Shown one piece after another: positions 19,373 to 30,100 of a DNA stretch of 64,000 bases; the stretch's first letter is position 1; each line of letters starts with the position of its first letter. Position numbers and translations under genes: made by a program. Source of the DNA: Candidatus Poribacteria bacterium. GTDB lineage: Bacteria; Poribacteria; WGA-4E; WGA-3G. The notes below the pieces were generated by a model. The model had not been told where the DNA came from and made no database searches. It was given only the letters and a program-made list of their open reading frames with translations. The stretch lies in the NCBI GenBank assembly GCA_965242965.1, contig OZ251518.1, positions 3,424,001 to 3,488,000 on the forward strand. The letters run 5' to 3'.

Positions 19373-20296
19373 CATCCCCCTCAAAAGCAATTTCAATAGC
19401 ACCGCCTTCATACTATGAAGACGGTTTTCAGATTGCTGGAAGATGATTGAACGTTCATCGTCAAGCAACTCACCAGCGATTTCATAACCGCGATGCGCCG
19501 GCAGACAATGCATAATCCGACACTCATGCCCAGCAAGCAGTTCAGCATTCAACTGATAGGGCATCATCTTTTCCAAGCGACGTTCCCGCTCTTCGGCGAA
19601 ACTCGGGTCGGTGAAGAATTCCATGTCTATCCACGTGTCGGTATAGACAACATCGCTTTCGGCGATGGCTTCCTGCACGTTCTCTCCTACGGGGAAAGCC
19701 TTGTAGGCACCCTGCCTTTCCGCTTCTTGCCAGAGTGCTTTATCTTCAGCAGCAGGATTAACTTCCGGAGCAACGACGGTGACTTCCATGCCGACTTTCA
19801 TCCCGGCGGCGATGAGCGAGTTGCAGACATTGTTGTGAACGCCGATGAAGCACACCTTAACGCCTTCCACTCTGCCGAAGTTCTCCTGAATTGTCATCAG
19901 GTCACCGAGTGCCTGCGTCGGATGATACCGGTCGCAACATCCGTTAATGATAGGCACCTCAGCAACTTCGGCTGCCGTGGCGATGTCAGCATGTTTTAAG
20001 AACCGGGCGAGGATGCCATCAACATACGCCGATAGGACGCGAATTTCGTCACCGAGGTCGGCGAGCCCGAAGTTAGTTGTGCGCCAGTCAAGGTAGTGTG
20101 CATGTCCACCGAGTTGAGTGATGCCGATTTCACCGGCGCACCGCGTGCGCGTTGAGGTTTTTTGGAACAGCAGCGCGAGGCTTTTTTCTCCGATAGCGTG
20201 CCAATATTTTTCAGGATAGTTTTTGATGTGAATCCCGTTTTCGACGGTATCCAGAATCTCCGTTTCTGTCCAATTTTTGAGTGTAATGAGATGCAT
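19370..20296 (-). CDS. argF: ornithine carbamoyltransferase
   Basis: FQKTSTRTR, HPTQAL, DVVYTDTW, MHCLPAHRG, QSENRLH. Confidence 0.92.
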   Translation of the reverse strand: MHLITLKNWTETEILDTVENGIHIKNYPEKYWHAIGEKSLALLFQKTSTRTRCAGEIGITQLGGHAHYLDWRTTNFGLADLGDEIRVLSAYVDGILARFLKHADIATAAEVAEVPIINGCCDRYHPTQALGDLMTIQENFGRVEGVKVCFIGVHNNVCNSLIAAGMKVGMEVTVVAPEVNPAAEDKALWQEAERQGAYKAFPVGENVQEAIAESDVVYTDTWIDMEFFTDPSFAEERERRLEKMMPYQLNAELLAGHECRIMHCLPAHRGYEIAGELLDDERSIIFQQSENRLHSMKAVLLKLLLRGM

Positions 20297-20336
20297 TGTG
20301 CGTCTCCAAAAAGGTATAATAAAATAAGAAATGTTA

Positions 20337-20365
20337 ATTATACCCAATTTTTGCACGGAAGTCAA
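20337..20365 (-). promoter_or_regulatory. sigma70 promoter of argF
   Basis: TTGACT-17 bp-TATAAT on the minus strand. Confidence 0.7.
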
Positions 20366-20393
20366 ATCTTTTTTTTGCGATGCACCTATCCTT

Positions 20394-21025
20394 AACAGGA
20401 TTAGCAAGAGAGGAGCAGGATATGAGCAGGATTTACAAGATTATCACGATTAGGAGCAGGATTTACAAGATTTTCAAGATTTCACAGGATTAGGGCTCTG
20501 GTGCATCGGCGCGGTTGTTGCCTGCCATGGGGTATTCGATGCATCAGCGTCTATAATCGTGGTAAATCGTGATAATCGTGTAAATCCTGCTTCAGACGAT
20601 TGGCATGGCGAGGGGAACCCGCTCGCATGCGCGTGTGGCATGCGAGGGCCCAAGCCCTACGGTAAATGGAGACGGCCTTGCATCCCGTAGCGCGGGGGCC
20701 TGTCCCCCGCGATCGCTCACGTGAAAACATCTCTGCAGGTCCTTTAGGTCCTGCATGTCTATAGCACCGCCGTACGAAAAGAACACTAAGGTCCTTTAGG
20801 TCCTTAATACGCAGCACACAACGCAGATACGAAAAACATTAAGGTCCTAAAGGACCTTGAGGACTTGGCTGTCTATGTATTCTATAGACATTAAGGTCCT
20901 AAAGGACCTTGGAGAGAACTGTAGGACAAGAGCACCTGCTCTGGATCCGTTCGGGAGCGGGCGCTCCCGAACTACAGATATCGGCAGGTCGAGCGATCGC
21001 GGGGGACAGGCCCCCGCGCTACGGT
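20394..21025. repeat. composite repeat cluster: 9-bp-unit inverted array + REPs + TAAGGTCCT.AAGGACC/CTATAGACAT units
   Basis: CAGGATT/CAAGATT arrays and several palindrome families shared with 25893-27085 and 61912-62594. Confidence 0.85.
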
Positions 21026-21096
21026 GCATCAAAAAAAACGCGCGGGCGGTACCCAAAGGCACCACCCGCGCGAGATATGAAACAACAGCGCGAGAA

Positions 21097-24000
21097 TTAC
21101 TCCCGCTGCTTGACTTCGCCGAACGTTGTCAACGAACGATTCGCTGGCGAGACGGGACCCGGTAAGTAACGTGTCCGCAACACCTCCGGCCGGCCGCCTA
21201 ACGAAACCTCCTCGATCTGGTAATAATACTCGACACCAGGCTTCGCAGAGGTATCCGTGAACGTATACGTTTGACGCTCGCCTGTGGTGCCGGCACCGGC
21301 GATGAGGACAGGATTCAGCAACGTGAATCCACTCTCGCGTTTCAGGCTCCGACGCAGGTTGAAACCGGCATTGTCGACTTCTGATTCGGTTGTCCATGTA
21401 ACCACAACCGGACCGGCATCGGTGCGCGTGAGGGTGAAACTGGATAACTCCACGGGCAAGGCACCGCCTTGACGATACCCCGGTGTGCCGATGTCCTCGG
21501 CATGGCCGTAATGCAGCGATTCCACTTTGAATTGATTGAAATGCGCTGCTAATGCCCAATTGGACTTCAGCATCCCATCGCGCGCCACCGCACCTTTATC
21601 GTAACGGCGGACGACCGAACTCCGCGCGCCATCCCTGCGATTCGTGGGCCACACCCAGACAGGCGCGTCATCGGTGCGACGATTGTCGTCTATGTTCCCG
21701 ACTTCGTCTATCTTCGTCCCGTTTCTGTCCGACAACTTCAGATAGAATCCCTCGCCACTCAAGAAGGTATCTCGCGGCGTTTTGATGCGCAGATTCTTCT
21801 CGTGTAGTTTCAGCAGGTTGTAAACCCGGTCTTCAGGGAAAACATCTGTCGATGAGGCGCGGGCATCACCGGCCACTATCAAGAGGGTCTGATTCGGTTG
21901 AATCACTTTCTCTTGCAATGTCAACGTCACAATCGGGCGGCCAATCAGGTCATGGGAATTCCGATTCTGGATCTCCAACTGCCAGCGATTCAGATTCAAT
22001 GCCTCCGTCTTGGATTTGTTATACAACTCTATCCACTGAGGCAATGTGCCACCCTCGGAATCAAACATGATTTCGCTGATAGTCACCGCGCCTTTCGGCG
22101 TAGATGCCTCCGTTTTCACCGCACCATTCGGATAGCCCGGTGTGCCTGCGGTGGCAGCCGATTTGGAGACCTGCCTGTCATAACCGATACCGGTAAACGC
22201 GGCCTCTGCCCAGGCATCTCGATGATACCCAATGAGATCCGCTTTCGCGCGCTGCCAGACTTTGCCGGAACTCAACGCATCTTCAGTGGCATCACCGGGG
22301 GATTCCAAGACCTGCAAGGGCCAGACATGCGTATCGTAGTCACCGGTTTCATCGCGGATAAAGGCATCGGTATCGCTGCCGCCGCCACCGGCGACATCGA
22401 TGAACGCCTCATCCAAACCCAATTTCTCCTTTGCATTCCGGAGAATCAACAGGAACTTGCCATCATCGGGCAGCGAGAGGCCTGCATCCACCAACGATGC
22501 ATGCGATAACCCTTTGTTTGCACCACCGGCGAGAGGTGTTTTGTCCGACGCGCTGTTTGTTATCAGCAACAAACTGTTTGCCGGCACACTCACATCCGGG
22601 AAGACGATGAGCGAGGTATCTTCCTTTTTGCCATCAGCTACAACGGAGAGTTCCCAGTCTTTCAGGGAGACATCTGAACCGCTGACATTGCGGAATTCTA
22701 GCCAATCGTTGGTATCCCCGCTACCGTTGCCGAGCTCGTTGAAAACGACCGGCGAACGCGGCACAGTTGATGCAACCGCCTTTGAGACAGCATCATCCTG
22801 CGGAATGTAAACCACCGGGGTCACCGCCACATCAAACGTTCTCGTCGGCTGAGAGGGTGTATCCGGGACAGGCGCAGCCTCACCCGGTGCCATCGCCGGA
22901 TCTGCCGTTCCAACACGCACAAGGCCTGATGCAGCCTTCAACGTCGTCTCACGCGGAACAGCCAAACTGTTGATACTGGCAATCTCCACGCTAATCGATG
23001 CAGCCGGCGGATCGGTCGCTTGCAACACATACACAAACGGCACAATCGTGGAACCCGAACGCTCCTCGCCTTGCTGCCATGTGGCATGACGCGCATTCGC
23101 GGCCTCGCGCGCGCCGAGGTAGATCGTCACATACGGCGGATTCTCGCCTTCATAAGTCAATCCATCCTGCGCAAACGGCACCTCAACGGTGATCTCGCTC
23201 CCCGCAAGATATGCACCACCCTCGGGTTCAACAACCTTAATCTCATCCGCATCTACTTGCACCGTGTCTACCTGCACCGTGACAGCCGCCGAAGCCAAAT
23301 TGCCGAGGTTGCTATTCACCGCAACCACCGTACCGGCGGGCAATTGGAGCGTCATCTCCCCTTTAAAGCCGAGCGCGGGCACCACGGTTACCTGATACTG
23401 CCTTGAATTATCCACCACGCCGAGGTGGCTTATCCCGCTTACCGTGCCGTTCTCAACACTTGCCGCCAGCGCAGTTTGCAACGCCGCAACGACATCCTCA
23501 CCATGGCTCGGCGCGGTTTGGAAGTCACCATAGTCCTCCTGGAACCGCAATGTCACCCTAAACGTGCCGGTTTGTGTCCCCGACGGCCCGTCTATCTCTG
23601 TCATCGCGGCGACATACCCCTCGAGAACCCGCGGATAGTAGATGCGGCCCTTGGCGGTATCATACGTGGGCGGAAAGAGGTGAGGGAACTCCGTCTCAGC
23701 ATGTTCCCGATAAAAACCCCTTGAGACATTATAGTGCCGTATGCGACCATCGGCGTTTCTCTGATTAGTGTTATGCGTCGCCTCCTGTTGCTGTTCCTCC
23801 GCTATTTTCATCGGGAGGGTGGGGTAAGGGTCGGGCCGGACATAGTCCTCCACTGCGTCATCAATGACTGGGAGGTAGTCAAGGAGACCGTCGCCGTTTC
23901 TGTCAAGGTCGCTCTTTTCGATGTTGTAAACCTCCTCGCCGTCTTTGTATCGCCCAAGTTGATCTGGAGTAGGAGTAGGCCTATCATCAGCCTCATACTT

Positions 24001-25781
24001 CTCCCTGTGGTCACGATACTGCGTCCTCTTGGCCTCGACGGGATTATCTGGGTAGGGAACGTATGGTGCACCCGCTATAAACGCAGCCACGTCCATAAAC
24101 TCTCCCCATCGCCGACCCCCGTTATCGCTATTAGCACCAAATGGCACGGCGAATCCAAACTCCTGCTGGTGATTGACATCTTTCCGCTCGCGCAGGGCGG
24201 TGATCTCGGCGTATGTGCGAATAGCTTTGTGCTCCCTACCGGCAAATACGTATGTCCTCCCGCCAACCGTGATGTTTTCGGGCGTGCCATTGAAATCAGC
24301 GAATTCGTAATTAGTACTGAGACTCGGCTTGTATGCGACATTGAACGGGGCCACGATAGTCCCATCCCCGGCCAACCACCCGTCCGGCAACAAGCTATTC
24401 AAGCCGTCAACATGGGCCTCTGTCACCGTAAATTGGTAGACGATGGTATGGTAACCATCCGCATTGGGATGCCCCCACTCCTCAGCGGTAACCGCAGAGT
24501 CGACATGTAAGTAGTATGTGGCCCCATTCTGTGTTATCCGTTCCAGTGGATAATTGGGATTCAGGATCCCGACAGGCTGAATGCCCACGGCTGCAGCTAT
24601 CATCCCGCCGGCGATGTCCCTACTGTTATTGCGCGCCCAGACAGTGCCTGTCGGGTTCGCCTCTACACCGCGATTGAACCATAATGGCAAAAGATTCTCC
24701 GTCCACCTGGCGGTACGTCGACCCGCGTTGTCGGTATTGCCCCTGGCTGCGGCGGTAACGAGTGGGTTGTCACCAAAGAGTGGAGGAAGCTGTTTATGCT
24801 CTAAATTCGGATTAGCAGGAGCAGGACTCGCCGGATCATCACCAGGCTTAGGATTTATGAATTCCTTTACCGCTTCATAGTAATGAAGTTTGACGTTGAT
24901 GGCAATGGCGACGATATCCCCGGGGACCACCGTATTATTTTCCGTGGCGGTGACAAGCCCACTGTTGCCGGGTTTATCGTCATCTGGCAACAGTTCGCCA
25001 TCGCGATTGATATTAACCCAGAAGTAGTCGTCATCCACCTCATCCAGCGTAACTTCGCCCTTCACGAGTTTCTCATAGTCGGCATATAAAGACGGGAAAA
25101 TCCGCGCGCGCCGCGTTGGAAAATCGGTCGGGTGAATAACATGATTCACGAGGACATCCTGGCTACGATCCGTGGTCCACCAGGCGCGCCGGTCATAGCT
25201 ACCGACGACTTCCCCATCCTCTTGAAGTTTCGCCAGTTTCGTGATTCTCGGATTTTTATAGACCCGTATCCACTCAATCTCAAAATGCTGCGGATGGATA
25301 GATGTCAACTGCCCACCAAAGAAGGCATCAATACCAACAGGATGCGAGTGGCCGTGGACCGAATCGGCCGGCAGCGAAAACGATGTGCCAGCCAAGGTAT
25401 GGGCTTCCAAGGGCTCGTCCTCCCAAGAAGCAACGATGCTATCAAGGTTATCATCCAGGACATCGCCCTCCGTCCATGTGTCGTGGCTCTCTCCCGGCGG
25501 TGCAAGCACCGTCAGCAGCCCGAATGTGAGCAACAGGCAGCTTATTAAAACGGAATGGATGCGCGCGGCGGACCGCGGGTGTCCCCTGTCCTTCTGCGCC
25601 TTCCTGCTGAGAGTCGCAGGAGTTAACGCGCGTAGATGAGAGGGGGGGTCTTCAGGTTGGATGCGTCACCGGCGGGCGCAAGCGCGCGGCATCTTTGCAG
25701 CGGGTGCTGCAATAACGCGGTGACGGTAGGTTTCAGGCGGACAGCAATGCCCGCGAAAATGAGAGAGAATAGGATTCTCAT
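21097..25781 (-). CDS. large secreted lamin-tail-domain protein; 5' leader out of frame at a C7 tract (25642-25648)
   Basis: Two LTD-like domains (VVFNELG..DWLEFRN; TISEIMF..QWIELYN), Ig-like domain, LPVELSSF...WTTESEVDNAGFNL domain. GAGGAG+ATG at 25781 runs into TAA 25623 unless one C is added. Confidence 0.75.
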
Positions 25782-25838
25782 TAGTTTTTTCTCCTCTAAA
25801 TTGACGTAAAAAATGATTGAAAATTAAACACTGTCTTA

Positions 25839-25867
25839 ATTATACCATTTTTTTACGTTTTTGTCAA
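25839..25867 (-). promoter_or_regulatory. consensus sigma70 promoter with extended -10
   Basis: TTGACA-17 bp-TATAAT with TG at the extended -10, about 60 nt upstream of ATG 25781. Confidence 0.8.
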
Positions 25868-25892
25868 ATTAAAAATTGCAAATAAAAAAATT

Positions 25893-27085
25893 GTAGTTCG
25901 AGATCGCCTGATCCCGAACGGGTTAAGATCGCGGCCTCCTCATCTACCGTAGCGCGGGGGCCTGTCCCCCGCGATCGTCCGACCTACGCGAAAAACGAAC
26001 GCCGACAAAAGCCGTTTCCCCGATCGAGGCATGGCGAGGGACAGGCCCTCGCCCTACGGTAATCGGCACGTTTTTTTATCGTAGCGCGGGGGCCTGTCCC
26101 CCGCGATCGTTCACGTGAAAAACCTCTTCAGGTCCTTTAGGTCCCGCATGTCTATAGTATCTCCGACCTCAAAAAACCCTAAGGTCCTAAAGGACCTTGA
26201 GGGGTATTGCATCCGCGCGTGCTATAGACATTAAGGTCCTACGGACCTTGAGAGAACCCTTCTGGGCGCGTAGCGCGGGGGCCTGTCCCCCGCGATCACT
26301 CGCATAAGAAAACACCTCTTCAGGTCCTTTAGGTCCTGCATGTCTATAGTATCCCCGATCCAAAAGAAAGCCCTAAGGTCCTTTAGGTCCTTAATATGCA
26401 GCAGAAAACATTAAGGTCCTAAAGGACCTTGAGGGATATTGCATCGGCGCGTGCTATAGACATTAAGGTCCTACGGACCTTGAGGAGACTGTAGTTCGGG
26501 AGCACCTGCTCCCGAACGGAGACGGCCTTGCATACCGTAGCGCGGGGGCCTGTCCCCCGCGATCGTTCACGTGAAAACATCTCTTCAGGTCCTTTAGGTC
26601 CTGCATGTCTATAGTATCCGCTGATCGAAAAAAGCACTAAGGTCCTTTAGGTCCTTAATATGCAGCATACGCAACGCCGCAGGAAAACATTAAGGTCCTA
26701 AAGGACCTTGAGGACGCAGCGGCTTGCGCGTGCTATAGACATTAAGGTCCTACGGACCTTGAAGAGACCGTAGTTCGGGATCCCCTGCTCCCGAACGGGT
26801 CAAGAGCAGGCGCTCTTGACCTACAGACGCGATGCGCACGCCTCATCTACCGTAGCGCGGGGGCCTGTCCCCCGCGAGCGTCCGACTCGCGCGAAAAACG
26901 CACGCCGACAAAGGCCGTTTCTCGTGCAGATCGCGGCATGGCGAGGGACAGGCCCTCGCCCTACGGTGATGACGCTATAATCGTGGTAAATCTTGAAAAT
27001 CTTGGAAATCCTGCTCCTAATCGTGATAATCTTGAAAATCCTGCTCAATCTTGAAAATCCTGCTCAATCCTGCTCATATCCTGCG
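25893..27085. repeat. 1.2-kb composite repeat cluster with three tandem mosaic units
   Basis: Units start GTAGCGCGGGGGCCTGTCCCCCGCG near 26081, 26270 and 26537, each followed by CAGGTCCTTTAGGTCC..CATGTCTATAG and CTATAGACATTAAGGTCCTACGGACC; ends in an AATCCTG array. Confidence 0.85.
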
Positions 27086-27180
27086 CGAAACAAAAAAGCC
27101 TGTAAACTTATATAGGCGGCTTTGCGTTAGAATTTACACTTTATCACATTACGCAAAAATCAAGATCGGAGCACTCTTCC

Positions 27181-30100
27181 TTGAACCGAACATTTTCTGT
27201 GAACGCCCCCGAGGTCTTCCGTAAACATTGCATCCCTAAACGGGTTTTAAAAGTAGCAGGTCTTTTACTCTTACTATTTTTTCTACCCTTTCATGCCACC
27301 GCCAAATCCGCGCCCGACGCAGGGCTTTCTCCTCAGCCAGAAACGGAGGCAACGCCACCTGTCCAGCAGATGACGAGCGAGGCTTTTCATCAGGACGAAA
27401 GCCCCTTTTTTCTTTGGCAAACCGATTGGCAGAGTCCACTCACACCGCGCGCCGACAAACATGCCGAAGAACCTGCTGAAGAGCAGGAAGAATCTGGAGA
27501 ACCGGAAGAGCCATTAGACGCTTATCTCGAAAGTCTCCGGCGATGGAAGTATCCCCCGACGCTCATCGATTTGGATAACCTTGACACGTGGAAGCCGAGG
27601 AAGAAACGTGACGAAAAGGGCATCGCGCTTCCGATGGATTCTAACCTCCAGATTACCGGTTTCCAGTCTGTCACCGTAGAGGTTAACAAGACACACTACT
27701 TCGGTGAGGGAGATCTCAACCGTTACGGCGGCTACGGCTACGGTGGGGGATACGGTAGTTACGGCTCAGGCCTTGACCTGGGTTTAACCTCCTCCTACAC
27801 TTACGACGATTTTGGCTACGGTAGCACCGGCTTTGGCGATACCTACGGCGGCGGCTACGGGAGCCGTTATGGTGGCGGGTCCTACGGTGGCGGATACGGT
27901 GGCTACGGCGGTGGATACGGCGGATACAGCAGCGGTATCCCGCGCGCATCCGGCTTCAACATGCGGCAGTCACAGCAGTTCGGTTTGCACGGACGTGTCG
28001 GCGAACGGACTCACATCGCCGTGGATTACAGTGCAGGCTCCAGTTCACCGTTCGGCGGGGGTGGATACGGCGGCGGGTATGGCGGATACGGAGGTTATGG
28101 CCTCGGCGGCGCAAAAGAACAGAAAATCAAAATCTGGTATGAAGGCAAACCTGAGAGCATCATCAAAACTGTCGCTTTCGGTGACATCACGCTGACGCTG
28201 CCCAACACGCGCTTCTTAAACATCAATCGCAACCTGTTCGGCCTCGAAGGTGTGTTTGAGTGGAAAAACACCCGCGTGACGCTGTTCGGTTCTCGCAGCA
28301 AAGGCGTGCGTGAGGTGCGCACTTTCCGGGGGCAATCTCGCCGTGCGAGCGGGTATGGCAGCTATGGCCCACGCGGTATCCAAATCGCCGATGCCAACTA
28401 CGTCAAAAATCGGTTCTATCTGATTCACCAAGGCCCCGATGGCCTCATCCACGATGCCTATCTGCCTATCAAAGCCGGTAGCGAGGAGATTTACATTGAC
28501 GATGGCGTTGTCGGCAATAACCAAGGCGGCAAGCGCACTCCAAACGGATACTTCAACCCGCAGTTTCCGGGACAAGACTACAATATCGACTACGAGACTG
28601 GGGAGATAGAATTCCTCAGTCCTATCTCGGCGAGTTACACCCTCATCGTCGCTTACGAATACCTCGGCAATGGCGGCGGCACCGTCGGCACTCCCGGCAA
28701 CGTTTTCCCCGACGAACCCGTAACCGCTGGTGTCCCTGTAGTAGAGGTAACGGGCTCAGGCGAGCCTGTTCTAGACTCCCCGGCGCATCCCGACTCATAC
28801 GTCGTCCTCAAGGAAAAAGGCTTCCGCGGCACCGAGGCGAGCCACGTCTATAGCCTCGGCAATCGTAATATCAACCCGCGCGATTTTCAGCTATCCATCA
28901 TCAGACAGGGACAGAGCGAGACGTTTCAGACGGATGCCGGGCGCGTGCCTTACATCGAAATCTTTGGATTGGACAGGAACGGGGACGGCAATGTGGATTC
29001 GCAGTTCGTCGACTACGACAGAGGCATCCTCCGTTTCCCCGAATTCAGGCCGTTTGAAATCAGCGACCCGGGGCATCCCTACTACAAATACAGAGACGCG
29101 ATTAACAACCCCGCCATCTATCTTGAAAGTCTCCGCACTACCGATGCGGTTTACACGCTCATCGCCGACTACGCCTACCAATCCGAAACCTACAACGTCG
29201 GCTTATGGGTAATTCCCAACAGCGAGACGGTGCGTCTGAACGGCAGGGAGCTCGTGCGCGATGCAGACTATATGATGGTTTACGAAGTCGGCACTATCCG
29301 CTTCTTCACGGAACTTGACGAATTTGACGAAATCGTCGTTGAATTTGAAAAAACGCCGTTCGGCGGTGCATCGCAACAGGCAGTCGCCGGTGCGTGGCTG
29401 GAATACACGCACAAACCGAAAGCGAAATCCCAGAGAGAGCAGAACCTTGAGGATAGATTCAATCGGCTCGGAGGATTCCAAGGGATACAACCCGGTATCG
29501 GTGGCGATAGCCCCGGCGGACAGAATCTCTTTTCTGGCGCGGGGACTTTCGGAAATCGGCGTTCATACGGTGGCGGTTTTGGCGGCTATGGCGGCGGCAT
29601 GGGCGGTTTCGGTGGCGGATACGGCGGTGGGCTCGGCGGCTATGGCGGCGGTTACAGTTACGGTGGCTTCGGCGGCCGCTCGCGAAGCAGCTACCTCGGC
29701 AGTTACGGCGGCGGCATGAACTATTTCACACCCGTTTTTCAAAAAGGGTTTAATCTCTCAACGGGTTACATTCTGAACACCGGGCAGCGGCCCGCAGAGA
29801 TACCCGATGTCAACAACGTTCCAAATCGCCTGCAGGCGTTCAACATCAACACCAGCTTCGGCAGAGCCTTTAACATCGCTTGGCTGTTCAACCCGTTGCC
29901 GTTCATTAACGTCCGGAACGTGCCGCTCTCCATTGACTTCAGCGGCGAGGCAGCCTATTCGCATAACAACCCGAACTCTGTCGGTGTCGCGCTCATTGAT
30001 AGCATGGAAGGCGCGAAGGAAGCCACCACTATCCCAACGCTCAAATACAACTGGAAACCGTGTAGCATTCCGGGACAGGGGACAACGCCGGACACGACTA

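Noticed and set aside
25893-27085. Possible CRISPR array in the large repeat clusters
   Set aside because: Repeats belong to several families, occur in both orientations with irregular spacing and recur genome-wide style across the window; no constant repeat-spacer period and no cas genes.
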